Of a DNA stretch of 53,194 nt, positions 25,406-35,279 are shown piece by piece; within the stretch, counting starts at the first letter, position 1; the number at the start of each line of letters is the position of its first letter. The position numbers were made by a program, and so were the translations under genes. The notes below the pieces were generated by a model. The model was not told the origin of the DNA, ran no database searches, and worked only from the letters and a program-made list of their open reading frames with translations. Location of the stretch: the IMG/VR virus record IMGVR_UViG_3300035698_035374. One strand, 5' to 3'. The DNA is from a virus.

Positions 25406-25439
25406 GGGGCAGCTCCTTGATTGGGGCTGCCCTTTTTTT
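25406..25439 (+). terminator. rho-independent terminator
   Basis: GGGCAGC...GCTGCCC followed by TTTTTTT. Confidence 0.9.
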
Positions 25440-25464
25440 GTTCCAACACGGAAGGAAAGAAAAG

Positions 25465-25689
25465 ATGCCAGGAGACTTTGCCTCTTATCAAAATGTAAAA
25501 AGTACCATAGCCCAGGCCGAAGAGTTTGGATTTAAACTCTCATGGTACAGTGATGGATGGAAATTAGAAGTACCGGGTGTTAGTATAGTTAGTGGAAAAA
25601 CAGCGACAGAACTTCTATGTTATCTATCAGGATGGCAAGACCACAAAATGCACACCGCGTTAACAAAAATAAAGGAAAACAAGCCGTGA
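25465..25689 (+). CDS. hypothetical protein
   Basis: ORF with GGAAGG upstream. Confidence 0.65.
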   Translation: MPGDFASYQNVKSTIAQAEEFGFKLSWYSDGWKLEVPGVSIVSGKTATELLCYLSGWQDHKMHTALTKIKENKP

Positions 25690-26012
25690 GAAAACTATGG
25701 TTTTATGTCAAGAAAACACTGTGGTGGTCAGTAGCCTTGACTGGTATTTATGTCTGCTGGTTGGGAGCGTCTTATTTGTACGACACCGGCACTACACCAT
25801 CAGAGTTAATTAATTATGAGAATGATAAAATTGGTATTAAGGTACAGGCTATTAAACTCAAAGGAGTTACTCTGCACAATAAGAGCGATAAGCAAAGACA
25901 CATTAAGATTAGGTATGGCCTGTTAGAAAATGGTTGTAATAGATGCGACGTAGACTCTAAGCACAGTCTAATGCTTATCGTGGATGCAAAAGCACATTCC
26001 ACAAGCCCATGA
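25686..26012 (+). CDS. membrane-anchored hypothetical protein, GTG start
   Basis: N-terminal TM WWSVALTGIYVCWLGASYL. Confidence 0.6.
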   Translation: MRKLWFYVKKTLWWSVALTGIYVCWLGASYLYDTGTTPSELINYENDKIGIKVQAIKLKGVTLHNKSDKQRHIKIRYGLLENGCNRCDVDSKHSLMLIVDAKAHSTSP

Positions 26013-26120
26013 AAAAATTGGGTGCAATTTATAAAGTAGAGTTATGCAACAAACATATGGTGGAACAACGTGAAGTCGTAATCTGCTACGACTTACTTAA
26101 AGATGAGGAGATGGAGTAGA

Positions 26121-26366
26121 ATGAAGTTCGTAGAGTTTGATATACATACCAATCAATGGTTCATGACTGTTAGTAATGATGGACAACCAACACGTGCCTA
26201 TTTAGGCATACATTTCGAAGAAAATCGAGAGGAAGCCTTTCAAAAAGCCCTCGAGATTCGTGATACTCTCACAAACCATTATGACGAAGAGCCTCAAGAG
26301 GTTCCTATGGGGACCATGGATGACTTTTCCGAGGACTTTCGTTGTATGGTAGCAGATTCAGCCTAA
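26121..26366 (+). CDS. hypothetical protein
   Basis: ORF. Confidence 0.6.
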   Translation: MKFVEFDIHTNQWFMTVSNDGQPTRAYLGIHFEENREEAFQKALEIRDTLTNHYDEEPQEVPMGTMDDFSEDFRCMVADSA

Positions 26367-26436
26367 CGTTTTAGTTCTGTTTTATTATAGATATCATAAG
26401 GACCTTGGTTCTTAAATATAATAAATAAGGAGATAC

Positions 26437-26742
26437 ATGAAGTATAGACACAAGTTTATAGACAAATTAAGGAAAGAATTCCCTGATTGTAGCCTATTAC
26501 CAATATTACTTGAAGATGGTTCAATATACTTGGGTGAATATTTAAAAAAGAAAACCTCACTCAAGTTAGACCCTGAAGAGGTAGTGAGTGCTTTTAGAGC
26601 TGGTCGGCAACATATTATTAAAGAAAAAGCCGAAACAGCTTTACGCGCACAGCGTCTATACGATGAATGGCATATTCAATATAAACGAGCAGTAGATAAC
26701 GGCAAGGCTCACCGTTTTGAATGCTATTCTGTCATAGTTTAA
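26437..26742 (+). CDS. hypothetical protein
   Basis: ORF with AAGGAG RBS. Confidence 0.7.
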   Translation: MKYRHKFIDKLRKEFPDCSLLPILLEDGSIYLGEYLKKKTSLKLDPEEVVSAFRAGRQHIIKEKAETALRAQRLYDEWHIQYKRAVDNGKAHRFECYSVIV

Positions 26743-26796
26743 AATAAATGATTTGTGTATTTCAATCTTTCTAAACATTATATCATGGAGAAGAAA

Positions 26797-27024
26797 ATGA
26801 AACAGGATAGAGAACTGGTATATGACGTCTATCTGGGCGAGTATCAGGTTTCTGAAGAAGCCGTACCAGATATTATTGAGCATGTTGGTGACGATGTTTG
26901 TCCAATGTGTAAAACAAATTGTACAGGAGTAAATGCAGGACCCCCTGAAGCTGGGGATACTGTTTTATTTATATGTCCAGAATGTGATATTGAAATATCA
27001 ATAGAAGCATGGTTAGTAAAATAA
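26797..27024 (+). CDS. zinc-ribbon protein
   Basis: CPMCKTNC...CPECDI. Confidence 0.65.
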   Translation: MKQDRELVYDVYLGEYQVSEEAVPDIIEHVGDDVCPMCKTNCTGVNAGPPEAGDTVLFICPECDIEISIEAWLVK

Positions 27025-27062
27025 TACTATATTAGTTTTAAATGATTTTATTTAGGTGAATT

Positions 27063-27482
27063 ATGTCAGATGTTTTATTCGTATATGGTACATTAAAAAC
27101 AGGCCAATGTCGTGGGGGATTGTTCTCAGAAATGATAAGTGGTGGGTTTGAAATAAAACAAGCCACTATTAAAGGTAAGCTGTATGACTTGGGATCATAC
27201 CCCGCAGTTGTAGAAGGTGAAGATATTGTGCACGGTGAAGCCGTAATATTAAAGGATGGACTTATTGTAAAAATGATTCCTATTTTAGATAGAATAGAAG
27301 GATTCTACGGCGAAGGTAGTTCTCACAATCTATATAACCGTGTTACAACAACTGCTGAAGTGAATGGTGAACAAGTGGATGTTACTACATATATGTTCTC
27401 CAAGCCTTCTATACTGGATACGTATGCTGAATACGTACCGGAGGGAGTATGGCCTGCGTTGGTTTCAGAAGAACGATACTAA
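27063..27482 (+). CDS. gamma-glutamylcyclotransferase-like (GGCT/AIG2) protein
   Basis: LFVYGTLKTGQ...GKLYDLGSYPAVV...LDRIEGF. Confidence 0.9.
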   Translation: MSDVLFVYGTLKTGQCRGGLFSEMISGGFEIKQATIKGKLYDLGSYPAVVEGEDIVHGEAVILKDGLIVKMIPILDRIEGFYGEGSSHNLYNRVTTTAEVNGEQVDVTTYMFSKPSILDTYAEYVPEGVWPALVSEERY

Positions 27483-27700
27483 GACGCTGGAAATTATATG
27501 AAAGAATAGGTACAGACGATACCGTCTTAGCCACTATAGTACAAACTGCAGCCGATAAGGACGAGATTAGAAAGATGTTGTTCGAAGAGAACGACCCTAT
27601 CATTAAACTAATCCTTACTGGCGATGTTGTTATACTCACTCCAGACGGATTCAAAATAAAACACTTCATACCATTTTGTAAGCGCTTTCGTCGCTTATAA
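27449..27700 (+). CDS. hypothetical protein
   Basis: ORF overlapping GGCT gene. Confidence 0.5.
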   Translation: MACVGFRRTILRRWKLYERIGTDDTVLATIVQTAADKDEIRKMLFEENDPIIKLILTGDVVILTPDGFKIKHFIPFCKRFRRL

Positions 27701-27728
27701 CCTTCACAAGATAGAAAAGGAATTCAAT

Positions 27729-28391
27729 ATGCCTAAGGTATATTTGTCAGGTTCACTCGGAGGCCATTGGCCCCATGCGGCTTTCGGTGACCCCACATTC
27801 AGTATAGAAGAGGTACTTGCTGATCCAGATGACGTTTCTCTTATCGTCGTGCCAGGTGGAGCAGATATAGATCCATCTTTGTATGGGCATGAGACTAACC
27901 CCAAGACATGTGCACGTGTTATTGCTGATAAACAAGACGTAGAAGCCATCGATTTTGCTTTGGAGCGGGAGATACCTATTGCAGGTATTTGTCGTGGTGG
28001 GCAGATGCTTGTCGCTAAAGCAGGAGGATACCTGTACCAAGATGTAACAAACCATGGTCGTGAACATCTTGCTCGTACAAAAGATGGCCATGAGTTTCCA
28101 GTTACTTCTTGCCACCACCAGATGTATGGTTGGCCTTTGCCCCAAGGCTCAGAGCTAGTTGCTTGGTCTTCACAGCATATCTCTAATCACTACGAAGTAG
28201 GGGAGGGTTTAGCCGAGAAACCTCCATTTGAATCTGAGTGTGTGTGGATTCCAGAAATGAATGCTTTAGCAACTCAATGGCATCCAGAATGGATGCGAGA
28301 TGAGCGTAGCCCTGGTATGAGGTATTATCAATTCTTGGTAGAAAAGTATCTGAAACCAGTAGCTGCAAAAAAGTTTAAGTCGTTAAAATAG
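27729..28391 (+). CDS. peptidase C26 / class I glutamine amidotransferase-like
   Basis: VVPGGADIDPSLYG...PIAGICRGGQML...ATQWHPEW. Confidence 0.9.
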   Translation: MPKVYLSGSLGGHWPHAAFGDPTFSIEEVLADPDDVSLIVVPGGADIDPSLYGHETNPKTCARVIADKQDVEAIDFALEREIPIAGICRGGQMLVAKAGGYLYQDVTNHGREHLARTKDGHEFPVTSCHHQMYGWPLPQGSELVAWSSQHISNHYEVGEGLAEKPPFESECVWIPEMNALATQWHPEWMRDERSPGMRYYQFLVEKYLKPVAAKKFKSLK

Positions 28392-28429
28392 TTAGGAGGG
28401 GTTATGATTCACCATGAGGTTCGTCCGAA

Positions 28430-29875
28430 ATGACTACTTGGGTAGCCAGCGAAAGATTTCAATTATACAGACCTGCCTATCTTACTATGTCCCCGCTACG
28501 GTATTTTCAATTGTTAGGTGCACCTGCAGGCGGTGAGTCGTCTACTATCTTAGAGATTAGTAATAGACAAATAGTAAACCAAATAGTAAACCCATTTGAA
28601 TTTTCTGGTGTAAGACGCCCAATACCTTTTTCATACGACGCTGGTCAAGGAACACCATTGAAAAACTTTGTATACGAACCATATAGTGGTCGTATTATAG
28701 AGTATTCATATATAAGTGGTCACTGTATACAGACTGAATATTGTTCTGGTCCAATTTTGCACCATGCATTTCGTAATATACGCAAGTTTAAATATGATTA
28801 CCATGTTCATTTAGATTCTGATTGTGCTAATCAATGGGCTTATATTTTAATACCACGTGATATACCAACATCAGCTGCCATATCATATGAAGTGTGGATA
28901 CTAAATATACAAAATCGTAGCATACAATTAGTATATTCTCCTTTTGGTAGCGTCGCTGAGCCAAAAGCACAATCTAATTCTGTTATGTGTAGAATAGGCG
29001 ACGGTGTATTCGCTGTGTTTAGAATAAATCAAATCACTAGATCGCACTGTGAACTTAAAATCAATCCATTTTCTGTTAGAGATAATCGTTGGATTACTCC
29101 AGTTACAATAGATTTAGGAGGAAATATAATAAAAGATTCACTGTCCTATTTAAATTGTGCAGTTAAGCGTCTACGCAGAACACTCTTGGTATCCCTTACA
29201 TTTAATGGACAAAATGGCAGCTATCTAACCAATGTTCCTTTTAGTACTTGGCAAATTCCCTTCCTGGAAGACATTAAGATATCAGTACAGTCAAAACCAG
29301 GAATGTCGAGTATACAAACTGTATACTCCGACCCACATGATAACTGTGTATGGGCTTATGGAAATAAGACTCCAAATATAGGTAGAATTGGTCAGCTACA
29401 GTATTTATGGAATATTGGTTTTTCTGATGCAAACGACCCAGAAAGTATACTATACTGTTCATGGGAAACTAGTGAAATATCTCTAGATTCTAGACAGACT
29501 ACTAGTAAACGTCCTATATCAAAGAAAAAATATAAGTCTTTATACGCTAAGATTCTTCAAAATAGCGGAGTAGTTGGTCCAGGGGCTGAAGTAAAGTCGT
29601 ATGATGTTAGATTCAGTGACCAGGCTATGGCATATCTATCTAAGGTATTAAAAATTAAACCACCGAATAGGGAAGTACTGATACAAATTCAGTATCGCTC
29701 AAGTATGGTCATGGTAAGAATACCAAATGGCTTGGCTGGATGGAAAACTATACCTGTTGGTATAAATTTATGGAATAGTGCATTTGTTAATAAAGAAAAC
29801 ATAGCAGATATCCGTACAAGAGCACCCGTATTAGAGATGTTTAGGGGTGCATTCGTGAAGAGGAACTCTTCATAA
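28430..29875 (+). CDS. hypothetical protein (481 aa)
   Basis: long ORF, no family recognised. Confidence 0.75.
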   Translation: MTTWVASERFQLYRPAYLTMSPLRYFQLLGAPAGGESSTILEISNRQIVNQIVNPFEFSGVRRPIPFSYDAGQGTPLKNFVYEPYSGRIIEYSYISGHCIQTEYCSGPILHHAFRNIRKFKYDYHVHLDSDCANQWAYILIPRDIPTSAAISYEVWILNIQNRSIQLVYSPFGSVAEPKAQSNSVMCRIGDGVFAVFRINQITRSHCELKINPFSVRDNRWITPVTIDLGGNIIKDSLSYLNCAVKRLRRTLLVSLTFNGQNGSYLTNVPFSTWQIPFLEDIKISVQSKPGMSSIQTVYSDPHDNCVWAYGNKTPNIGRIGQLQYLWNIGFSDANDPESILYCSWETSEISLDSRQTTSKRPISKKKYKSLYAKILQNSGVVGPGAEVKSYDVRFSDQAMAYLSKVLKIKPPNREVLIQIQYRSSMVMVRIPNGLAGWKTIPVGINLWNSAFVNKENIADIRTRAPVLEMFRGAFVKRNSS

Positions 29876-29959
29876 CAAGAGAATAATGCCGTGATTGTGT
29901 TAGTCCTGGTATAATATTGTATCAGGCTGTAGAAACTATAACAAGGAGATTTATTAGAT

Positions 29960-30844
29960 ATGTTTACTGTAGGGACGGATACTGAATTCTTCCTGGAAAA
30001 AGACGGCCAATTAATTTCGGCTATCAAACTCATCAAGGCTGGTAAGCGTGAACCAATGCTGCTTAAGAGCGGAGGAAACGTAACACATGATAATGTGGCA
30101 ATGGAATTTGCTACCCCTGTTGCCCAGGACGAAGATAGTTTCGTCGGAGCTATTCGAACTACTATGCTGGAATCTCTGGCTGTGTTGCCAGAGGGCGTTT
30201 TAATCAACCCAAGGTCTTCTGCTGAATTTCCAGTGACAGAACTGGACTGCGAAGAAGCTAAGCTGTTTGGGTGTGACCCTGACTACGATGCTTGGGCTTT
30301 GATGATTAATGATCCACCTGCTGAGGCGGCCGAAAAGCCCTTCAGGACAGTGGGAGGACACCTACATGTTGGATATGTTGCTGGGTCTGGAAACGATTTT
30401 CTTAGAGACCCTATGGGTAAGGTAGAGGCTGTGAAGGCCTTTGACATTGTTCTAGGGATTACTATGACTATCCTAGACCACAATGAAGACACTGTTAATC
30501 GTAGAAAACTATACGGTAAAGCAGGATGTCATCGACCAACAGACTATGGTGTAGAGTATAGGTCTCTAAGTAATTTCTGGACCTTCTCGCCTAAGTTAGT
30601 ACGTTTGGTGTATACGTTGGCCTCTGAAGCTATGCGTATGATGAAGGATGGTACTTATGCCAAGTTGGCTAGTAACATTTCTCCTGAAGAAGTACAACGT
30701 ATCATCAATGAAGGTGACGCAAAGGAAGCTAATAAGATTTGGGTAGACCTTCTTGTTCCAGAGTTGTCTTCAGGGGCAATCAGCAAGTTTAAGGCTGCCT
30801 CTGAGTGCAATAATCTAAACATCTACAAGGAATGGAACATCTAA
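29960..30844 (+). CDS. phage COOH-NH2 ligase (amidoligase)-like protein
   Basis: VGTDTEFFLEKDG...TVGGHLHVGY...DYGVEYRSLSNFW. Confidence 0.85.
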   Translation: MFTVGTDTEFFLEKDGQLISAIKLIKAGKREPMLLKSGGNVTHDNVAMEFATPVAQDEDSFVGAIRTTMLESLAVLPEGVLINPRSSAEFPVTELDCEEAKLFGCDPDYDAWALMINDPPAEAAEKPFRTVGGHLHVGYVAGSGNDFLRDPMGKVEAVKAFDIVLGITMTILDHNEDTVNRRKLYGKAGCHRPTDYGVEYRSLSNFWTFSPKLVRLVYTLASEAMRMMKDGTYAKLASNISPEEVQRIINEGDAKEANKIWVDLLVPELSSGAISKFKAASECNNLNIYKEWNI

Positions 30845-32274
30845 TGTCATATGACATCACCTGTATCAGTAGTCGTGCAACGACAGATAGAGCGCTAGAT
30901 AGAGCCAAGAGGCTTATTAAAGTACTAGCGAATACGTTTGTGTCTGGCCTGGGGCATGGTGATGTTAGTTTTTTCTATACTGGAACCCCCTTTGAAAAAG
31001 AAGTAGCTAGATATTTTGAAAAATATTTTGGTAAAGGCAGAGCAATAAAGATAGGTAAAAGAGATAGCTATAAAATAGACTACATAAGAGCAGTAAGAAT
31101 TGCACACCCAAAGCCATCTAAACTTAGCAAAAGAGCCTTCAGAGACCTATGCACTGTTGCAAAGGCCGTAGATAAATGTCATTTACTTATGACTACTTCT
31201 ATTAAAAAGGACAGGGGAAGGGCTATAGTGGCTATGAGAATGGCTGGGTATAGTTATATACCTTCTATTGACCTATCATCTGATGAGGCAGAAGAAAGAA
31301 TTACCAAACAGGAAACCTATCTTCAGAAAAAGAGCGACAAGTATGATGCCAGCATTGCCCATAAGAAGAATTTGGCAAGTGAAAAAGAAGTAACCAGACA
31401 GGCAAAAAGGGTTGCTTTCTTTGAAGCACTAGATATTGAAATGGATTCAAAGTCTATAACACTACCAAGCCTTCGTAGTGCGGTTGTAAATGAAGCTACA
31501 TATAGATATGAAACAAATAAATTAAAGTCCCCCAGTATCCATGGATTTAAAATAGACCATGCAAGCAGCTGCGACAATGATGGAAATTCTATATTGAGGC
31601 CGTATTTAAGAAGAATTGTTTTCGAGGATGAGATACAAATAGAACCCCCTGCGTTCCCTCGTCGTATAGGTGATTCTCCAACTATTGCCCGCATACACGA
31701 TTACTTTAACTACGAAAGGGACCCTGGGGGGTCTTACCAAATGTCAGCTACACCAGAATGGGGTCCTGTTGTAGCGGAGGAAGTTGCTGTATTATCACCT
31801 ACACCAGAACAACGTACCATTAGAGGAGTTGGCGTTCACCCTGGCTTCGTCGCCCCTGGTGGGGCTTCAAGACGTCTACATATGCCAGATTACAGTAGAA
31901 CAGGTTCCGATAATATCGCTGCTACAAGGGCACAGGTAGTGCAAGAAATTATGTCCCAGTATACTACTAATATACAAGGCAGTGCTTCAGATTTTAGAGA
32001 TGGTACACCTGCCAGTCCGAGTTTTGAAGCCTCTATAGAAGAAACTTATAGTAGAGCTAATAATGATTTAGATATACAAACGATGCAAGATAATAATAGG
32101 GTAGAGCCACACCACCCTGTTGATAGGTACCAAAGTATAGAAATAACACATATTGATAGGTACCAAGAATATAATGCGGAACCGCCCCCTTCTGTAACTA
32201 TTAATGTAGTAGATGGAGGTACTATAACTATTGATGTAGTAGGAGAAGATATAGAGGAAGGCGAAGATGGATAA
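30844..32274 (+). CDS. hypothetical protein
   Basis: long ORF. Confidence 0.7.
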   Translation: MSYDITCISSRATTDRALDRAKRLIKVLANTFVSGLGHGDVSFFYTGTPFEKEVARYFEKYFGKGRAIKIGKRDSYKIDYIRAVRIAHPKPSKLSKRAFRDLCTVAKAVDKCHLLMTTSIKKDRGRAIVAMRMAGYSYIPSIDLSSDEAEERITKQETYLQKKSDKYDASIAHKKNLASEKEVTRQAKRVAFFEALDIEMDSKSITLPSLRSAVVNEATYRYETNKLKSPSIHGFKIDHASSCDNDGNSILRPYLRRIVFEDEIQIEPPAFPRRIGDSPTIARIHDYFNYERDPGGSYQMSATPEWGPVVAEEVAVLSPTPEQRTIRGVGVHPGFVAPGGASRRLHMPDYSRTGSDNIAATRAQVVQEIMSQYTTNIQGSASDFRDGTPASPSFEASIEETYSRANNDLDIQTMQDNNRVEPHHPVDRYQSIEITHIDRYQEYNAEPPPSVTINVVDGGTITIDVVGEDIEEGEDG

Positions 32275-32569
32275 TCATATATTTGCTGCTTGGAGACTTG
32301 ATGCCATGGGGTTTAAAGTCACACGAATTAAAATGAAAAATAGTACAAAAGGGTGTAATAATATTTTTCTATACTCGATAAAAAAACGTGGTTCTGCTAG
32401 TAAAGGATTCTTTGCAGGAAGACTTCAATTAATTTCATATTCCAAGAGCGTAGCAAAGAGGTTAAGGAAAAAATGCGATATCGATACCGAATTGGAGGAC
32501 AGGAATACGTGTGTAAGCGCGTTGACAGCAAGCCATCCGTTGCGGGACTGGAAGCGTCTGTACGCATAG
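32267..32569 (+). CDS. hypothetical protein
   Basis: ORF. Confidence 0.5.
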   Translation: MDNHIFAAWRLDAMGFKVTRIKMKNSTKGCNNIFLYSIKKRGSASKGFFAGRLQLISYSKSVAKRLRKKCDIDTELEDRNTCVSALTASHPLRDWKRLYA

Positions 32570-32694
32570 AAGTAGAATTTGTAGCAAGAATAAATGGTGG
32601 AAGAGGCAGAATGCCTAAAAACAAAGAAGTTTTAGTAGAAGAGCTAACACCTATGGTTGACTTTGAAACAGCTCGAAAACTGGTGGAAGGATAA
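32473..32694 (+). CDS. hypothetical protein
   Basis: ORF. Confidence 0.5.
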   Translation: MRYRYRIGGQEYVCKRVDSKPSVAGLEASVRIEVEFVARINGGRGRMPKNKEVLVEELTPMVDFETARKLVEG

Positions 32695-32698
32695 AAAC

Positions 32699-33247
32699 AT
32701 GCGTTTAACCCAATGGTCTGCCTTAAGAGATAAAAAACTAACCATGTTAGTTAAAATAGGGACATCTTTGGGGATGGTAGACGTACTTGGTAGAGCAGTT
32801 TGTCAAAGTGTACATAAATTAGGTAATATGCCAATAATATGTACAAACACCGTAGAGTTTCTTGGCTTGAGTAAATACTATACTAATATTTTTACCTCTA
32901 GGTATCTAGGTCAAAGTGAATACAGTAAAGGATGCGGCTCAATACAAGAAGCATATACCATTAACCTTAAAAATATTGAGATTACATCTATTAATGGTAC
33001 CAAACTAGAACATATATTTGGTCCAAATCTCCGTGATTGGCCAATGATAGCTCTACAATTAAAGTTTACTAACAGCATGTTTATATCGTCACAAAACGAT
33101 AGTAGATTAAATAAACGAATACGAAGTTCTCTAAACAGTAAAGAAGAATTTTTAGAAACACTATCTCTGTGTAGAACAGTTAAGAATACACCACAAAAAG
33201 AGAAATCCACTTTAACAGAATGTCTATCTGAATTATTTCATATATAG
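32699..33247 (+). CDS. hypothetical protein
   Basis: ORF. Confidence 0.65.
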   Translation: MRLTQWSALRDKKLTMLVKIGTSLGMVDVLGRAVCQSVHKLGNMPIICTNTVEFLGLSKYYTNIFTSRYLGQSEYSKGCGSIQEAYTINLKNIEITSINGTKLEHIFGPNLRDWPMIALQLKFTNSMFISSQNDSRLNKRIRSSLNSKEEFLETLSLCRTVKNTPQKEKSTLTECLSELFHI

Positions 33248-33255
33248 GATATAAA

Positions 33256-33864
33256 ATGAATCCATTATTATTTGCACTGCTTATAAATGGAACAGTGTTT
33301 ACATTTGATGACGGGCCAAGCATAAAACATACGCCCACAATATTGAAAATATTAAGCAAACATAAAATAAAAGCTGTCTTTTGTATACCAGCTGCGGTCT
33401 TATACAATAAAAGAAAACTAAAGATAGCCCAACAGATTGTAAGAGAAGGACATACCATTTGTAACCATTCTTACAACCATCCTAATTTTTCTAAGCTGGC
33501 ACCAGCAAGACAATGGCGTCAGATTAGAATAGCACAAAAGATAATAAAGAAGAAGTTAGGTATTACCCCACTTCTTTTTAGACCCCCGTATGGTGTAGTC
33601 ACAAAAGACATGAAGGCTGCATTAAGATATCATAAGTTAAAATTATTTATGTGGGATATAGATACAAAAGACTGGAGTAATCGTACCACAATAGTAAGCA
33701 TATACAATAAAGTAATACGTAAATGGAAACAAAGACGTAAACTTAAGAAGATAAGTGTTGTACTCTTTCATGATACCAACAGTAGGACGCCAAGGGTATT
33801 AGAAAGTATAATCCTCAAAATTAAGAGGGGCCATGACATGAAGTGCATGAGTGTTTACGAATGA
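33256..33864 (+). CDS. polysaccharide deacetylase (NodB homology) domain protein
   Basis: FTFDDGPSIKHTPTILKIL...ICNHSYNHPN...FRPPYG...LFHD. Confidence 0.9.
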   Translation: MNPLLFALLINGTVFTFDDGPSIKHTPTILKILSKHKIKAVFCIPAAVLYNKRKLKIAQQIVREGHTICNHSYNHPNFSKLAPARQWRQIRIAQKIIKKKLGITPLLFRPPYGVVTKDMKAALRYHKLKLFMWDIDTKDWSNRTTIVSIYNKVIRKWKQRRKLKKISVVLFHDTNSRTPRVLESIILKIKRGHDMKCMSVYE

Positions 33865-34082
33865 AATATGTGTTAAATCTTACAGAAGATGCAGAAGAAG
33901 CTGTAGAAAAGCTTAAAACTATACTTGATGCTGATAATACAGAAGAAGTACTTAGTCTGTGTTTAGGTTTTGTGTATCAATTAATGGTGTTAGCTACTGA
34001 AAACGAACAAGTACGTAAATTTGTTGGGATACTGGCTGAAAAGTTTAGGTCTGAAACAGACGTTCGTCCAGGCTCCAATTAA
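33861..34082 (+). CDS. small helical hypothetical protein
   Basis: ORF; overlaps the previous stop codon. Confidence 0.55.
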   Translation: MKYVLNLTEDAEEAVEKLKTILDADNTEEVLSLCLGFVYQLMVLATENEQVRKFVGILAEKFRSETDVRPGSN

Positions 34083-34346
34083 GAGCAGGTCGAACTACTT
34101 AACACCCAGTACCCTGCTGATAGACTACAAGGTACGGAGCACAAATAGTGCTTATCTTAAACGCTAAATAGTCTTATATATCAGTGATAAACATACAAAA
34201 AAACGATAACTTTCTGCAAAAAGAACTTACCATTTGTAGTAAGATGTCTTATAGCTATTAGGAAGGCGAGCCGGAAGATTTGGGTTAACTTCAAATTTAA
34301 TGAAACATCCTCCCAAACTAATATTAGTTCGCTTCACAATTTAATA

Positions 34347-34565
34347 GTGGTAGAGGAAATGGTAATGGCTGAGATAGAAGGAAGAGTTTCTAGTATTAAG
34401 TGTCCATGTTGCGGAGAGTGGGTTGAAATAGGCGGCGAAGGTAGGGAAGTAGGGTGGGATGAGAACAAACCACGACCAGTCATTAAAAATACATGGGGAC
34501 ACGGGGAAGTGATTGTTTGTAAATCTAATCCTTTATATGACGATATAAATTACACAAAGAAATAA
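34347..34565 (+). CDS. zinc-ribbon protein
   Basis: IKCPCCGEWVEIGG. Confidence 0.6.
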   Translation: MVEEMVMAEIEGRVSSIKCPCCGEWVEIGGEGREVGWDENKPRPVIKNTWGHGEVIVCKSNPLYDDINYTKK

Positions 34566-34570
34566 AATAT

Positions 34571-34643
34571 GGGGCTGTAACTCAGTTGGGAGAGTGTTTC
34601 CCTTGCACGGAAAAAGCCGCAGGTTCGATTCCTGTCAGCTCCA
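34571..34643 (+). tRNA. tRNA-Ala(TGC)
   Basis: acceptor GGGGCTG/CAGCTCC, anticodon arm TTTCC-CTTGCAC-GGAAA. Confidence 0.95.
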
Positions 34644-34803
34644 CTCATTGCGCGGGATACTGACCAACAGAAGGTCGCCAGGCTCATAACCTGGAACACT
34701 ATAAGTGTATAATAGGAGCATTACCTATTCCCGCTAATACGGATTTATTTAGGTCTACTGAGCCCCTGAATAAATTGTTAACGTAATATTAATCTCAGTG
34801 TGT

Positions 34804-34876
34804 GGGAGTGGAGTCTGTTGGATGGACACTGCGTTGTCAGCGCGGTATGAAGTGGGTTCGATTCCCATCATTCCCG
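34804..34876 (+). tRNA. tRNA-Asp(GTC)
   Basis: acceptor GGGAGTG/CATTCCC, anticodon arm CTGCG-TTGTCAG-CGCGG, G73. Confidence 0.93.
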
Positions 34877-34960
34877 CTATGTTGAGCCGATGCAATGGAT
34901 TAACATACTGTACCCGGGACGTCGCGGTTTCGAAAGCCGTCGGTAAGTGGTCATACACTA

Positions 34961-34986
34961 TACTGTAGCTCAGAATGGTAGAGCCC
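34961..34986 (+). pseudogene. tRNA 5'-half remnant
   Basis: TGTAGCTCAGAATGGTAGAGC D-arm with no following anticodon or T-arm. Confidence 0.6.
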
Positions 34987-35053
34987 CCGATTTAAAATAC
35001 CCCATTGCGCCTCTTGTTCAACATACAAGACGTACCAAGACAAGGATTATTAA

Positions 35054-35257
35054 ATGTCGATAGAACTAAAAATACTTGTTCCAGATGATGCCGTCCGTGC
35101 ATTAAAAGAAATGTCCTTTATATTAGAAAAAAGTGAAGCAGAAATATTAAACATGGCAATAGGATACTATAGGCTTATTACTAAGGAAACTAAGGCAGGT
35201 GGAAAGATTTTAATAGAGAAGCCTGATGGTACCTTCCGTCTTATTACTGAGAGTTGA
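35054..35257 (+). CDS. hypothetical small protein
   Basis: ORF. Confidence 0.6.
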   Translation: MSIELKILVPDDAVRALKEMSFILEKSEAEILNMAIGYYRLITKETKAGGKILIEKPDGTFRLITES

Positions 35258-35279
35258 TTATATGTATTAGGAGAATGTT

